A DNA stretch of 62,737 bases, filler included, from Pirum gemmata (taxonomy: Eukaryota): assembly GCA_002812295.1 (NCBI GenBank). It is 14 parts of 14 records of this genome, joined end to end, with 100 filler letters (N's around TTAATTAATTAA, not from the genome) between each part and the next. Parts side by side here need not be neighbours in the genome. Positions count along the whole stretch, not along the records: positions 8,808 to 13,042 come from PDIN01001331.1; positions 13,143 to 18,516 come from PDIN01001332.1; positions 18,617 to 22,906 come from PDIN01001333.1; positions 23,007 to 27,292 come from PDIN01001334.1; 10 more parts are not named here. One strand, given 5' to 3'. The notes under the pieces are model-generated. The model did no database searches. It was not told the DNA's origin and saw only the letters and a list, made by a program, of their open reading frames with translations. Positions 12,830 to 25,066 of the stretch are shown in pieces; positions within the stretch are counted from its first letter, which is position 1; the number at the start of each line of letters is the position of its first letter. The position numbers and the translations under genes were made by a program.

Positions 12830-13754
12830 GTAATAATATATATATACGTGATTATATGCTAACTAGAATTCTCACTGTAATCCTAGTTTAACTCTATTGC
12901 TCTATTGTATATTCTAACCCTAAACTCTAAACCCTTTATGTGATTATAAGCTAACGATAACTCTTACTGTAATCCTAATGCTAACTCTAGTGCCCTATAC
13001 CCTATACCCTATACCCTATACCCTATACCCTATACCCTATACNNNNNNNNNNNNNNNNNNNNNNNNNNNNNNNNNNNNNNNNNNNNTTAATTAATTAANN
13101 NNNNNNNNNNNNNNNNNNNNNNNNNNNNNNNNNNNNNNNNNNATTATTATTATCCTGCGAAAATATCAAGTGGAAAATTCGACCACTTCTAGCATTATTA
13201 CTATAATTAGCACCGATAATAATAATATTAAGAACTCTTCTCAGTGTTTCACTTATTTGCTATAATAATAACAATAATAATAGTAATAATAATAGTAATA
13301 ATAATAAAAAAAAAAAGAAAATATCTAGAGGAAAATTTGAACCACTATTAATATCATTGGTTTCTTTATTAGACCCTTGATTATTCAAATGTAAAATTTT
13401 TTATAGATTATCAGTAACACCAATAATAATACTATTAAGTACTATTCTCGTTGTGTTACAGATTTGTTATAATAACAATATTGTTTTTGATGAAAATAGA
13501 TGATAGCACTATTTATTTTCTCATATTGATTATCGTTTATTGTTTAATAATCCGTCAAACTATATTTNCCACCCCCAACCCCAACCACAAATAAAATAAA
13601 TATTTAACAACAACATAATCAAAATCAAAATCACCAAAATCAAAAATACCTCAACAACGAATTCAGCTCCTAAATCAACTTAAGCATCAAAGTAAACAGT
13701 AATTATTACAGAATACTAGTTTTTATTTACGTTTAACATACAGTATTATTTAAA

Positions 13755-14063
13755 ATGGCCCGTGAAGTACCCACTTCTTCACGATTTGATCCTGAAGAAA
13801 GTAGAAATGTACGGCGTCACCTTAGAAATGAGTCCAGGAAAATTAATCGGTTAGAAAAACAGCAGAGAGCAAGAAACTTCCACAGTGAAAAAGCCGAAAA
13901 GGAAGAAAAGGAAGATTCTGAAAGAGAAAATAATGAAGTCCCACAGAAAAATAGAAGAGAAATGCTACTTGAGTATAAAGAAAAAAAACGAAAGGAAGAA
14001 CTAAAAAAAAAAAGGCACCAAAGAAAACCTTTTACATTAAATATGGGGAACACCACTCCCAAG
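13755..14063 (+). CDS. First exon of a basic coiled-coil protein, weakly resembling the HURP/DLGAP5 N-terminal microtubule-binding region
   Basis: ATG in AAAATG context; RREMLLEYKEKKRKEELKKKRHQRKPF; putative GT donor at 14064 before a (CAT)n tract. Confidence 0.5.
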
Positions 14064-14194
14064 GTCGTTATCATTTCGTCCTCATCCTCACCACCACCAC
14101 CACCATCATCATCATTATCATCATCACCATCATCCATCATCGTTATCATCATCATCATCATCCATCATCGTTATCATCATCATCATCATCCATC

Positions 14195-14286
<92 letters not shown>

Positions 14287-14751
14287 AAACANTTAGTCTT
14301 CATTATATACCTGCATAGAGTCTCCATACACGCTAGTTATAGTAGCAACATGGTCGGTGAAAGTTATGCCCACAGACATGGCAAGGAGCATTCTAGTTCC
14401 AGAATGAACCACTTTGGCCGCCATGTCTAAAAAAGAGTCCTAGTCCACGTGTAAAAGGCAAAATATCCCTTTGAAAAACTTAAAACTTGGAAAGTAGTAT
14501 TTTTTTAATATTATAATTTACTATATTTTCTTTTATTATTATTATAATTTTTGCTATTATTTTATTTATACAAGGTAAGTTTTATTATGATATTCTAAAT
14601 ATTATTCAAGGACTTCAATTTTTTTTTTGAAGTCCTTGGTTTGGTTTATTATCCTCGACCCATATCTGATCTGATCGGGTATCTGAAGGCTCTAGTAGCT
14701 AGCTAGCTACAGAAAAGTGAGAGGGTACCACTAGCTAGTAGCTAGCTAGGC

Positions 14752-14890
14752 AGCGTTCAAATAATACGTCACATCAAGGGGTAGGTAAGTAGGCGCTATT
14801 TGACCGGAAATTAACTTCGAGGGGTACCTAGGTAGGGGTATTTGAAGCTGTATTAGACTGGAAATTGGCGTTATGTAGTATCTGAACGCT
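14752..14890. mobile_element. MITE family B2 (GCGTTCAAATAATACGT...ACGTAGTATTTGAACGC); other copies at 10792-10862, 27407-27553, 31368-31511, 50650-50760
   Basis: Five homologous G-rich copies with inverted termini. Confidence 0.8.
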
Positions 14891-14914
14891 CATATCGTAG
14901 TAGTAGTAAACTAC

Positions 14915-15100
14915 TATCGTGCTTTGCATTTATTTTGTCACTCTGAATATTTATTTGGAGGTTTATAATATTTAAATTGACATTTTTAAATCAATATAAA
15001 GATAATAAAATATACCAAATTAAATTAAATGGATTTATATAATATTAATTTGGTATTATCTATTGTATATTTTATGATGACAAAATAACTGAAAAGCACT
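14915..15100. mobile_element. MITE family C (~185 bp; TATCGTGCTTTTCA...TGAAAAGCACTA). Copies at 17849-18032, 31570-31713, 34486-34672, ~35920-36077, 48691-48900, ~49210-49397, 49821-50013; partial near 3950-4070, 30790-30885, 34800-34945
   Basis: About 10 near-identical copies in both orientations, with imperfect terminal inverted repeats. Confidence 0.88.
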
Positions 15101-16069
15101 GTAGCTAGAGAGGGTTACATGTCTTTTGCCACGTGTTATTACGTCATGTACACTATGTAAGGGTAGTTGGTTTTTTACTATGATATTATACAATTTATAC
15201 TACGATAATATTATTGTATTATATTATAATATTATGTCAATAATACATAATTATCATAATATGTCATACAAAACTAAATTTGAAGCTAGCCGGGTATCTC
15301 TAGAACAGGGTCTAGTAGTGAGAAATTTGAGAAAATTTAATGTATTTTTTCATTCTCTAGTTTTTTCATTTTTCACTTTCGGAGCTTTCGTACAAATAAC
15401 TGTTTCCTTTCTCAAAAAACACACACCAATCTGAAAAACAAGGTATGAATGAACTCAGATGGGCAAAATCACTCAACTAGAATCACTCAACAAGAGTTTA
15501 TATAGTTTATATAACTGTTTATATGGTTACAAATAATACGAATGTCCCTCTTCTAAAATAATATCGATATCGATAGAACTAAATATCGTCGTATCAAGAT
15601 TTAAGAGTTATACACATAGCAAATTTTCGGTTATTACCGAAATATAATATTATGCGAGAGAGAAATCAAAAAAAATCAAAATAAAATTTTTTATTGTGGA
15701 GAAATTTTTAAGTAAAGTTGATGCTTTTATGCCATTAGAGGCTGGTTATGGCAAAAAAACAGAAAGAAGAGAATGGAAAGAGAACTTGGACAAAAGAACT
15801 TGGATATAATTTTGAGAAAGGAAACAGTTATTTGTACGAAAGCTCCAAAAGTGAAAAATGAAAAAACTAGAGAATGAAAAAATACATTAAATTAACCCGT
15901 GGAGGAATTTTTTAATGCTTTTATGCCATTAGAGGCTGGTTATGGCAAAAAAACAGAAAGTAGAGAATGGAAAGAGAACTTGGACAAAAGAACTTGGATA
16001 TAATCTAAAATACAGTAAATTTTATAACTCTTAATCTAACCAACTTGATTTATCTTTCTTAACTGTATT

Positions 16070-17010
16070 CTAGATTCTATGTAATTTCTTTTTTCTGAGT
16101 TCTTTCCATCCTTTACTTTCTGTTTTATTACCATAACCAACCTCTAACGGCAGAAAAGCATCAATTTTACTCAATTCCTCCACAATTTCATCGAGGATGA
16201 CGCCACCGCATGTACAGTTAGTGTTTTTTTCTACTCTATAATAGTATTTCAATCCTGCGTTAACCTGAGTAAGACCTTCTATAAAAGCATAACTGGCAGC
16301 CAAAGAGTTACTGCCATTACTTTGGACGAAGTGAGCGAAATACGCCTCCAGTACATCTTGATTCAACTTTTGGGGGTACACTTTATAACCTTTTAATTAA
16401 TAACATAAAATATCTGATGTAATTTTATAACCAATAAAACCATGCATGTGTTTTTTTAAAAAATATTATATGTTCTAGGTGATAAAAACCGTTTTTTTTT
16501 TCTGTAATAATCAGTAAGGACTTGTATGCCCTCTCCTAACTCTTCAGAAATATCTGTATCAATGTCATCCTCATCACCATCATCAATCAATAAAGTATCA
16601 ATGTTATTATTACTATAATTATCATTATTGATATTTCTATTTCTATTACTATTATCATCATCATTATGGTTATTATTACTAGTACTAGCACTATTAATAT
16701 TACTATCATTATTATTATCGTCTATTACTAGTACTAGCACTATTAATATTACTATCATTATTATTATCGTCCTTGCTGTTATCATCCTTAACCTCATTAC
16801 TGTTATTATCAAATACATTACGACGCCATGTTTCAAAAAATCTAAATAAGCTTTTAAAGTTGTGATAATCTTTCATCATCTGCAGAACAAAATGGTACAG
16901 TATTCAAGGTTATTTCAAAGATTTATGGCAGGTTCGAATGTACGTCGCTGTCATTTTAGCTGATAGAGAATCATACTTTTCTAGTGACAATAATTTAATT
17001 CAAGCTTTTT
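16070..17010 (-). mobile_element. Degenerate P-element/THAP9-like transposase, C-terminal part
   Basis: Minus strand: VPFCSADDERLSQL (~16880), RFLSPRTYN, YPQKLNQDVLEAYFAHFVQSNGSN, matching the family's NQDxLExxF motif. Contains stops, frameshifts and a low-complexity insert. Confidence 0.7.
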
Positions 17011-17542
17011 CCTAATTGACTTTGTTGATGCTTTTTGAGTATAGTTTTAAGAGGCTAAGAGCTTTTTTCAGAATAGCGGCACTAAAAGGTAGATTATCCC
17101 ATAAGGGTGTAATCTTATGAGTAAAGAAACGTATCTGGGTAATCGAAACCCAACCAATTGATTTTGATTTAATTTTTCTGATCAAAATAATCATTTGCCT
17201 CCAAATAATCCAAAAGATAGGAACCAGCTGAAAGGTAATTATCCTTTTTTCAATTAAGACAACGAAAGTATTCCATAACATGATCTGTACAATAAGTGGG
17301 GAATTGTTCGTTGTACTTGGGCTTGGGGGGGGGCATGACATTGTGTTTTTGACAGTCATATTTTTTAATTGATTTTTTTTTTTTTTTTTGAATTGTGATT
17401 ATATTAAAAAACGTACACAACTTACCAACAACATAATGTTGTAGTACCTAAAAATGAATTATCAGAAATATTAAAATCACACCAAGACTACCGGGTAGCT
17501 ACCGGTATGATGGATCTATGATGGATATTATTATGATACTAG

Positions 17543-17816
17543 GGGAGCGTTCAATAATTACGTAACGCTGGGGGGTAGGTAGGGGGGGTCGGATTTTTGT
17601 GACAGGCCGTGACGCAGTAGGGGGGTAGGTTTTCGTAATATGACATAACGCAAAAAAAATTATATAACATGAGGGGTAATTTAGGGTACTATTTTTTCCA
17701 AATCGTTACGTCATAAGGGGTAGGTAGTCCTTCTCAAACGTGACAGGCCATTACATGGGGGGTAGTAGGGTAGGTTTTTATCTAAAATCGTCGTTACGTA
17801 ATTATTGAACGCTCCC
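17543..17816. mobile_element. MITE family B1 with perfect 25-bp TIR GGGAGCGTTCAATAATTACGTAACG and TAG on both flanks (PIF/Harbinger-like)
   Basis: TAG-GGGAGCGTTCAATAATTACGTAACG ... CGTTACGTAATTATTGAACGCTCCC-TAG. Confidence 0.88.
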
Positions 17817-18375
17817 TAGACTATCTGATATATTATTAGGATATCATCATCGTGCTTTTCTTTTATTTTGCCTCTGAATATTTATTTGGAGGGTTATGAT
17901 ATTTAAATTGACATTTTTAAATCAATAAATAGATAATAAAATATACCAAATTAAAATAAATGGATTTATATTGTATTAATTTGGTACTATTTATTGTTTA
18001 TTTTATGATGACAAAACAAATGTGAAGCACTAGTATTATAAAAAAATTTGGCGCTTCTTTTGGACTTTTGTGTCTAGCTAGCTATCATACTAGCCAGCTC
18101 TAGCTAGCTAGTAGGGAGACTAGTAGTAGACCCCCCCCCGTCTATCGATCATACCAGTACCAGTACCAGTACCCGTCAGTTTAACTTACCAGCCTCAACA
18201 GTACCTGTAGTAGTACTACTAGCTAGCTAGCTAGGTCTACTATGATATAGTGATATATATATAGATATGATACTATGATATCCGAATAACACGCTAGCTA
18301 GCATAAGACTTTTTAAAAAAGTTTATAACTTACACAGTAAACGATAAATCTTCAACCTATTTACCTCATCCTTCA

Positions 18376-18516
18376 ATCCCACTCCCAATTCCGATCCCAA
18401 TCCCAATCCCAATCCCAATCCCAATCCCAATCCCAATCCCAAATCCCAATCCCAAATCCCAATCCCAATCCCAATCCCAATCCCAATCCCAATCCCAATC
18501 CCAATCCCAACCCCAA
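18376..18516. repeat. (CCCAAT)n hexamer array at contig end
   Basis: Direct reading. Confidence 0.9.
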
Positions 18517-18662
18517 NNNNNNNNNNNNNNNNNNNNNNNNNNNNNNNNNNNNNNNNNNNNTTAATTAATTAANNNNNNNNNNNNNNNNNNNNNNNNNNNN
18601 NNNNNNNNNNNNNNNNAAAAAAAAATATATCATAATAATAATAATAATAATAAAAACAATAA

Positions 18663-18716
<54 letters not shown>

Positions 18717-18800
18717 GAATAATAATAAAAAGAATAATAAGAATAATAGTAATAATAATAATAATAATAATAATTATAATAATAATAATAATTAATAATA

Positions 18801-18839
<39 letters not shown>

Positions 18840-18907
18840 AATAATAACTTTTTTTATAAATATTGATAAACAACACAATGAAAATCGGGTATAACAGTCA
18901 TTCAAAT

Positions 18908-20957
18908 ATGTTCAACATTTTTTCTTTTTCCAGTCTTATAACAATAAGCTTCTTTAAATTCGCTAATACACAAGTAAATGTCTCCTTTGAAAAATGTTCA
19001 GATACGGGACTTTTTGATTGTAATTCTTCAGAAATTTGTAATTCTGCCGACGGAAAGTTTCACTGTATGAAAACGTGTAATAAATGTAACGAAGTATGTG
19101 AACCTAATATATGTACATCGGGATGTGGTGTAGATAGTTGTGATGTTTTAGAACATTGTAATGAATATAAAAAGAGAGGGTATTGTGAAGAAAAACATGA
19201 CTACTTTAAAATGGCTTATAGTCAATGCGCTAAGACTTGTGATACCTTTATCAAACCGGACAATGATAGTAAATGTACTACTGAAGAAAACACAAGACGT
19301 GAATGGAGAGATTTAAGTTATGAAGAACAACAACGCTATTTTCGAGGTAATTAATTAGTAGGACAAACAATAACATTGTCAATGATTACTATTATTATTA
19401 TCATATATGCATTATTGTCGATTTTCCATTAACAAAATTACAGTTCATTGTCATTACAACACTTTACAATCACACCAAAACCAATACAAAAACCAACACT
19501 AATAAAAATATTGATGACTTAATCAATATATTTTTTTCATATATAATATAAAAAGTGACTAAAAGTGTATATATATAGCAAAAAAGGAGTTATTTTCGCG
19601 AAAATAACTCCTTTTGATTATAAAATTATTAGTAACATTACTTTTTGTTTTTAAAATTTTAGCTATTAACACTTTATTGGAGAGAAGGGAATTTTTGGAT
19701 TTATTACGTATACACGAGATTGGCTATGATATGGGTTACAAAGTTTATGCCCATGATGAAGGTTTAGGTTTCTTCCCTTGGCATCGAGCATTCTTATTTG
19801 AATTCGAAACGCAAATTCGAAAGTTAGGCGGAGAATTTACATGCTTATCATTGCCGTATTACGATTCTAGTTTAGATTCTGACTTACGCAATGCTTTTCA
19901 ATCTCAAGTTGTAAATGATTTTAAAGTTTGTGGGTGTGATTTTTGGGGTAGACCGGTTAATTGTGATGATAGTCCCTTCTCTGGTCATAATTTATACACC
20001 GCCGGTGGTGATTGTGTTTCAAGGGCTAGAGGAACGATATCCTCCTCATACCCGGATAAAAATGAAGTAATTAATTATATTGCTTTGTCACCAAGTTTAT
20101 CAAAACTAAATGATGTAATTGGCCTTACTCACGCAAGACCTCATATTTACTTGGGTGGAGCCATGGCAACTATGGCTTCCCCAGCTGATCCTATTTTCAT
20201 ATTACATCACGCGTTCGTTGACAAAATTTGGGCGGAACAACAAGAATGCAATAATGATTATGGTTATTCTAGTTGGAGTCTAAGTAGTAGAGTATTTTGT
20301 CCTACAACTGGTCGTGTTGAAGACTGTGGTAGGAGTTGGGGTTGCACGAGTTGTAGATTTAATAATGACTCTCCCCTTCCTGGTTTTCACAGCCAAGCTA
20401 CAAACCCTAACGATAATACAAAACGACAAACAGATATTGAATGGACCACAGAAAAAGTTCTTAATATTAAAACAATAGGCAGTCGTGGTTACTCTTACGG
20501 CCAAGCTTCGTGGGAAAGTGATAATGAATTTAAGAATGTTTGTAAAAATAATAGGAGAAGAAGTATTAGTCAACAACAACACCAGCAACAGCAACAGCAA
20601 CAACAACAACAACGCCATCAATTTCAAGAAGCGGAAACGCTAAATGTTTATATTCAAGAAAAATGCCATGAACAATACGATAATGTTAAAGATCGATTGC
20701 TTTGCCGTACACAACTATTTTGCAAGAAAACAAAAGGAATTGAAAAATACAACAATACCTCTACTTTTGCACTCAAGACCAATGTCCAATGTTCAGAATT
20801 AGCTGCAGCTTTTGCTTCACCTTGTGTCGATGTTGTGGAACAAAGCAGTACTATTATCAATTTAGTAAAAGAGTGTACTCCAAAATGGGAGAGAGAGGGT
20901 AAAAATATTGATATTGTGACTAAAGACCAGTACAACTCAGTTTTGATGAGGTTATAA
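18908..20957 (+). CDS. Secreted tyrosinase (type-3 copper protein) with N-terminal ShK-like domains; exons 18908-19346 and 19663-20957
   Basis: Signal-like N-terminus; ShK-like CMKTCNKC and HCNEYKKRGYC...QCAKTCD. A phase-1 GT-AG intron joins RREWRDLSYEEQQRYFRAINTL. CuA site H..AH...FFPWHR; CuB site HARPH...SPADPIFILHHAFVDKIW. Confidence 0.92.
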
Positions 20958-21308
20958 ATAATTTATATTAATATAATCATTACTGTATGTGGTAGCACTA
21001 TACATAATATATATATCTGATATAATTAAATAAACGTTATCATTAATTTAAATTTTATTCCATTTATTATCAATTTAAATTGTAATTGTACTATTACTCT
21101 ATTGTTCATTACTAATATAATTACTAACTATTATTAATTTTATATAATTATTACTGTAGTATACGTAACACTATATGTATATAATATTATATATTATATA
21201 AGTTTATATGTATAAAAGTAGTTTTTATTCAATAATAGCGAGATATATTATATGTAGAAGTAGTTTTTATTCAAATGTATTTTATTTATTCAAGGGGGGG
21301 GTTTTTTT

Positions 21309-21947
21309 TTAAGTTGATAACAATAATAGCGAGTTCAAATCCAAACTATTATTTAATTGGTTTGACTGTTGTGGCTTTATCATAAAATTAAAATCAATAA
21401 GAGGAAGTGTATTTATGGAAGAATTAAAATCAAAAAGAGGTAGTGTGTTTATGGATAAAGATTGGTTAAGGTTTAAATGATTTAAACTCAAACTTTTAGC
21501 TAAAGTAGGACTATTTTGCAAACTAATATTGTTTAAACTTGTACTTCTAGTTAAAGTGGTAGGAGTAGCATTTGTAATACAACAGTTATTTAAACTTGCA
21601 CTTCTAGTCATGCCCATTTGTTTCTTTTCTTTTTCTTGCATTTGAATTAATTTTTTCTCTTCTAGTAACAGCTTTTCTTCGAAAGTTATTTGTTCTTGTT
21701 GTTGTTTTGCTTCTTGAATGATATTTTGTTGTATTTTACTTTGAAAATCGCTTTCTATTATTTGATATTGTCCTTTGGCTACTTTTCCCCTCATACCTAT
21801 AGCATATTTTTTGCCTTTTAAATATTGACCATGATGGTGTCTCTTGTAATGCTGTCTGCGTGAGTCAACAGTGGAATAGGATTTAAAACAATTATCAAAT
21901 TCACAACCAAAAACTTTGGTATTTGAAATAAGTCCCATTTGTGTCAT
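21309..21947 (-). CDS. Single C2H2 zinc-finger protein, putative transcription factor
   Basis: FGCEFDNCFKSYSTVDSRRQHYKRHH followed by Q-rich and S/N/L-rich regions. Confidence 0.8.
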   Translation of the reverse strand: MTQMGLISNTKVFGCEFDNCFKSYSTVDSRRQHYKRHHHGQYLKGKKYAIGMRGKVAKGQYQIIESDFQSKIQQNIIQEAKQQQEQITFEEKLLLEEKKLIQMQEKEKKQMGMTRSASLNNCCITNATPTTLTRSTSLNNISLQNSPTLAKSLSLNHLNLNQSLSINTLPLFDFNSSINTLPLIDFNFMIKPQQSNQLNNSLDLNSLLLLST

Positions 21948-23278
21948 TTTTTTAAATATTTATATTTTGGTTTTTTTTTTTTATTTAATTATTTGTTTTG
22001 TTTTGTTTATTTTAAAATATTTATTTTTTTAGTTTTTTGGATTTTAATTAAATGCGTTTTTATCAAATATAACAAATATAATAGATATTTAATAGGTTTG
22101 AAACTTTCGAACATTGAACTGCAAAAAAGAATTGTGATAATTAATAGTAGTATTATTATCATTGGTTAAAAAGTTAAATTATTCTTTCAATGACGTAATT
22201 TTTTGTACACATTTCTTTTTTCCAATAATGTTCTTTTTTTTAAAAATATAAACCAATAGTGTTTCCACTTACCTTTTTTAGCCTTTTTTTTTAAAAAAAT
22301 CATTTGATCTTTCATTTTCTTGCCAGAGCTAGATTTGCTCTTACTAATCATCTTCTAGCTAGTAATCATCTTTTTTTAAAATTACAAAAGTGATTTATAT
22401 AAGAGCTGCTAAAGAGGTGAAAAGGTGTACGTCACAGAAAAACCAAATTGGGAAAATCTAGAAACCACATACATGTCATAACACTATAATTACCTTTTTA
22501 TTGGACAGATTATCAATCTAAGTGTTACAGCTGTGCCACCATAGTGGCTTGTTATTAATTATATTACCCTATCAGGCTCTATAAGTCTCTATAGATCATG
22601 AGCTCGAAATAATTATTATTATTTTTTTAAAAAAAACAATAAAATATAATAGCAATAATTTTATAATAGCAATAATAATAATTATAATAAAAATATTTAT
22701 TGTAATAATATTAATTAATAATTATAATTAAAACTATCAACCTATTTTATTCAAAATCAAATACCGAATCAAATTATATTACCCTACCAGACTCTATCAG
22801 TCTTTATAGATCATTAGCTCGAAATAATTATAATTATAACAATGAAGTTTGCCATAGTTTACCATTATTATTATTATAATTATTAATATATTATTATTAT
22901 TATTAANNNNNNNNNNNNNNNNNNNNNNNNNNNNNNNNNNNNNNNNNNNNTTAATTAATTAANNNNNNNNNNNNNNNNNNNNNNNNNNNNNNNNNNNNNN
23001 NNNNNNAAACAACAAAAAAACTAATCAAAAACTTTTAACCAAAAAAGCCAAACCAGTTCTCCTGTTTCCTAATAATAATAATAACTAGTGTGACCCCCCC
23101 CCCTCCTCATGCCACCCCTTTTGCCAATTGACTATAAGCTGTATATTATAAGGAATATTAAGAAGGGTGAACATTTTTAATTAATATTTAAAATTTTATA
23201 TTTTTATTATCATAAACTATTTAGCATTGAATTTTCAGAACCAGGTAAACTTCACCAATAATAAATAATTGTTATAAT

Positions 23279-23647
23279 TTAATTCATGTAAGTATAAACC
23301 ACAGAAACTGTTAATAAAGCCATGGAAACAGCAATATTATTACTATCATTACCATTACAATTAGGATCATGTTTTTTTGCTTCTATAGGTAAACTTTGGC
23401 AATAGCTGGTATCTGCTTTGTGGACACCTGTCCATCCATTACAATATGGTACGTATTTTAAAGCAGATGGGTAGATTTTTTCGCAAATATCGTTCTGATT
23501 ACCAGTGTATGTCTTTTGTGGGCCAGTGTAACCTTTACAATCAGGAATATATTGTAAAGCTGATGAGTCAACCCATTGACAATAACTTGGGGAGGCGTTT
23601 ACCGAAACAGCGGCGATAAGAGTAGTAGCAACGATTGTGTTAAACAT
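23279..23647 (-). CDS. Small secreted Cys-repeat protein with hydrophobic C-terminus (GPI/TM anchor-like)
   Basis: Signal peptide MFNTIVATTLIAAVSVNA; three C-x11-12-PxC repeats; terminal IAVSMALLTVSVVY. Confidence 0.75.
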   Translation of the reverse strand: MFNTIVATTLIAAVSVNASPSYCQWVDSSALQYIPDCKGYTGPQKTYTGNQNDICEKIYPSALKYVPYCNGWTGVHKADTSYCQSLPIEAKKHDPNCNGNDSNNIAVSMALLTVSVVYTYMN

Positions 23648-25035
23648 GATTATTATTATATATAATTTAATTCTTATTTTAATTTTCTTTATTAAATTTT
23701 ATTGTTTGTTTGTATGTTTGTTTGTTTGTTTGTTTGTTTGTTTAGTTTGAAATTTTTATTTTTTTTAGTTTTTTTAAAAAAAATTGATGGGCTTTTATAA
23801 TGGTTTTATCGTCATTGTTATTACATATTTATTTTCGTTACGTTTAATTTTTTAAATTGTTTTTATTACATATATTTTTTTTTAATTTATTTTTTAGGCC
23901 TATAGGGTTAGAGTTGGGGTTAGGGTTAGGGAGTGTTAGGGTTAGGGTTAGGGCTAGGGTTAGGGCTAGCTAGGGTTGGGGTAAAAAAAAAAATAACAAA
24001 ATAAAAAATTAAAAAAATAAACTATACAACTGTAATAATAGGAATAATAATAATAATAATAGCAACAGCAACAATAGCAGCAACAACGTTAATTAACAAC
24101 GTTAACAATGTCAACAACGACAACAACAACGTTTATAACATTAACAACATTATTATAATTTACAACATTAAAACAACAACAACAACAGCATTAACAACAA
24201 CAGCAGCATCGGCAACAGCAACTATAGCTACTTCTACTACCCTTACGTACTAGTCTATTACTACTACTACAAATACCATTAATTGCGTATAGAACATCAA
24301 CAACATTATTATAATTTACAACATTAAAACAACAACAACAGCAGCCGCAGCAGCAACAGCTACTATTACTACCCCTACGTACTAGACTACTACTACTACT
24401 ACAAATACTATTAACTGCATATACTAGTACTATTACTACTACTACTACCACCACTACTATTACTACTACCCCTACTACCACTACTATTACTACTACTACT
24501 ACTACTACTACTAAAGCTATAGCTAGCTACTACTACTAGTTTTACTACTACTACTACTATATACATATAGCTGCTATTATAATATTACCACCACCACAAC
24601 TATTACGTAGACTATAGTATTACTACTACTACAAGTACTAGTACTAGTACTACTATTGCTACTACTACTACTACTACCACTACTACCACTACTACCACTA
24701 CTATTACTACTATATATAGCTACTACTACTACCACTATATACATACAACTATTACCACCACCACAACTATTAGGTATACTATTAATAATGTATTACTAGC
24801 TACGATATAATACAGCCCTACAATTACTACGTATACTATAGCTATTACAGACTTTACTATATACATAACGGATACTAGGTATAGTACTAGTATTAATAGT
24901 ACTAGTATTACTACTGTATTACTACTACTACGTATACTATAGCTACTACTATATATAATATATTACAACTAGTTATAAAAATAATAACAAGTATACTACT
25001 ACGTATATACTATAATAATATTTTATAATAGAATT

Positions 25036-25066
<31 letters not shown>

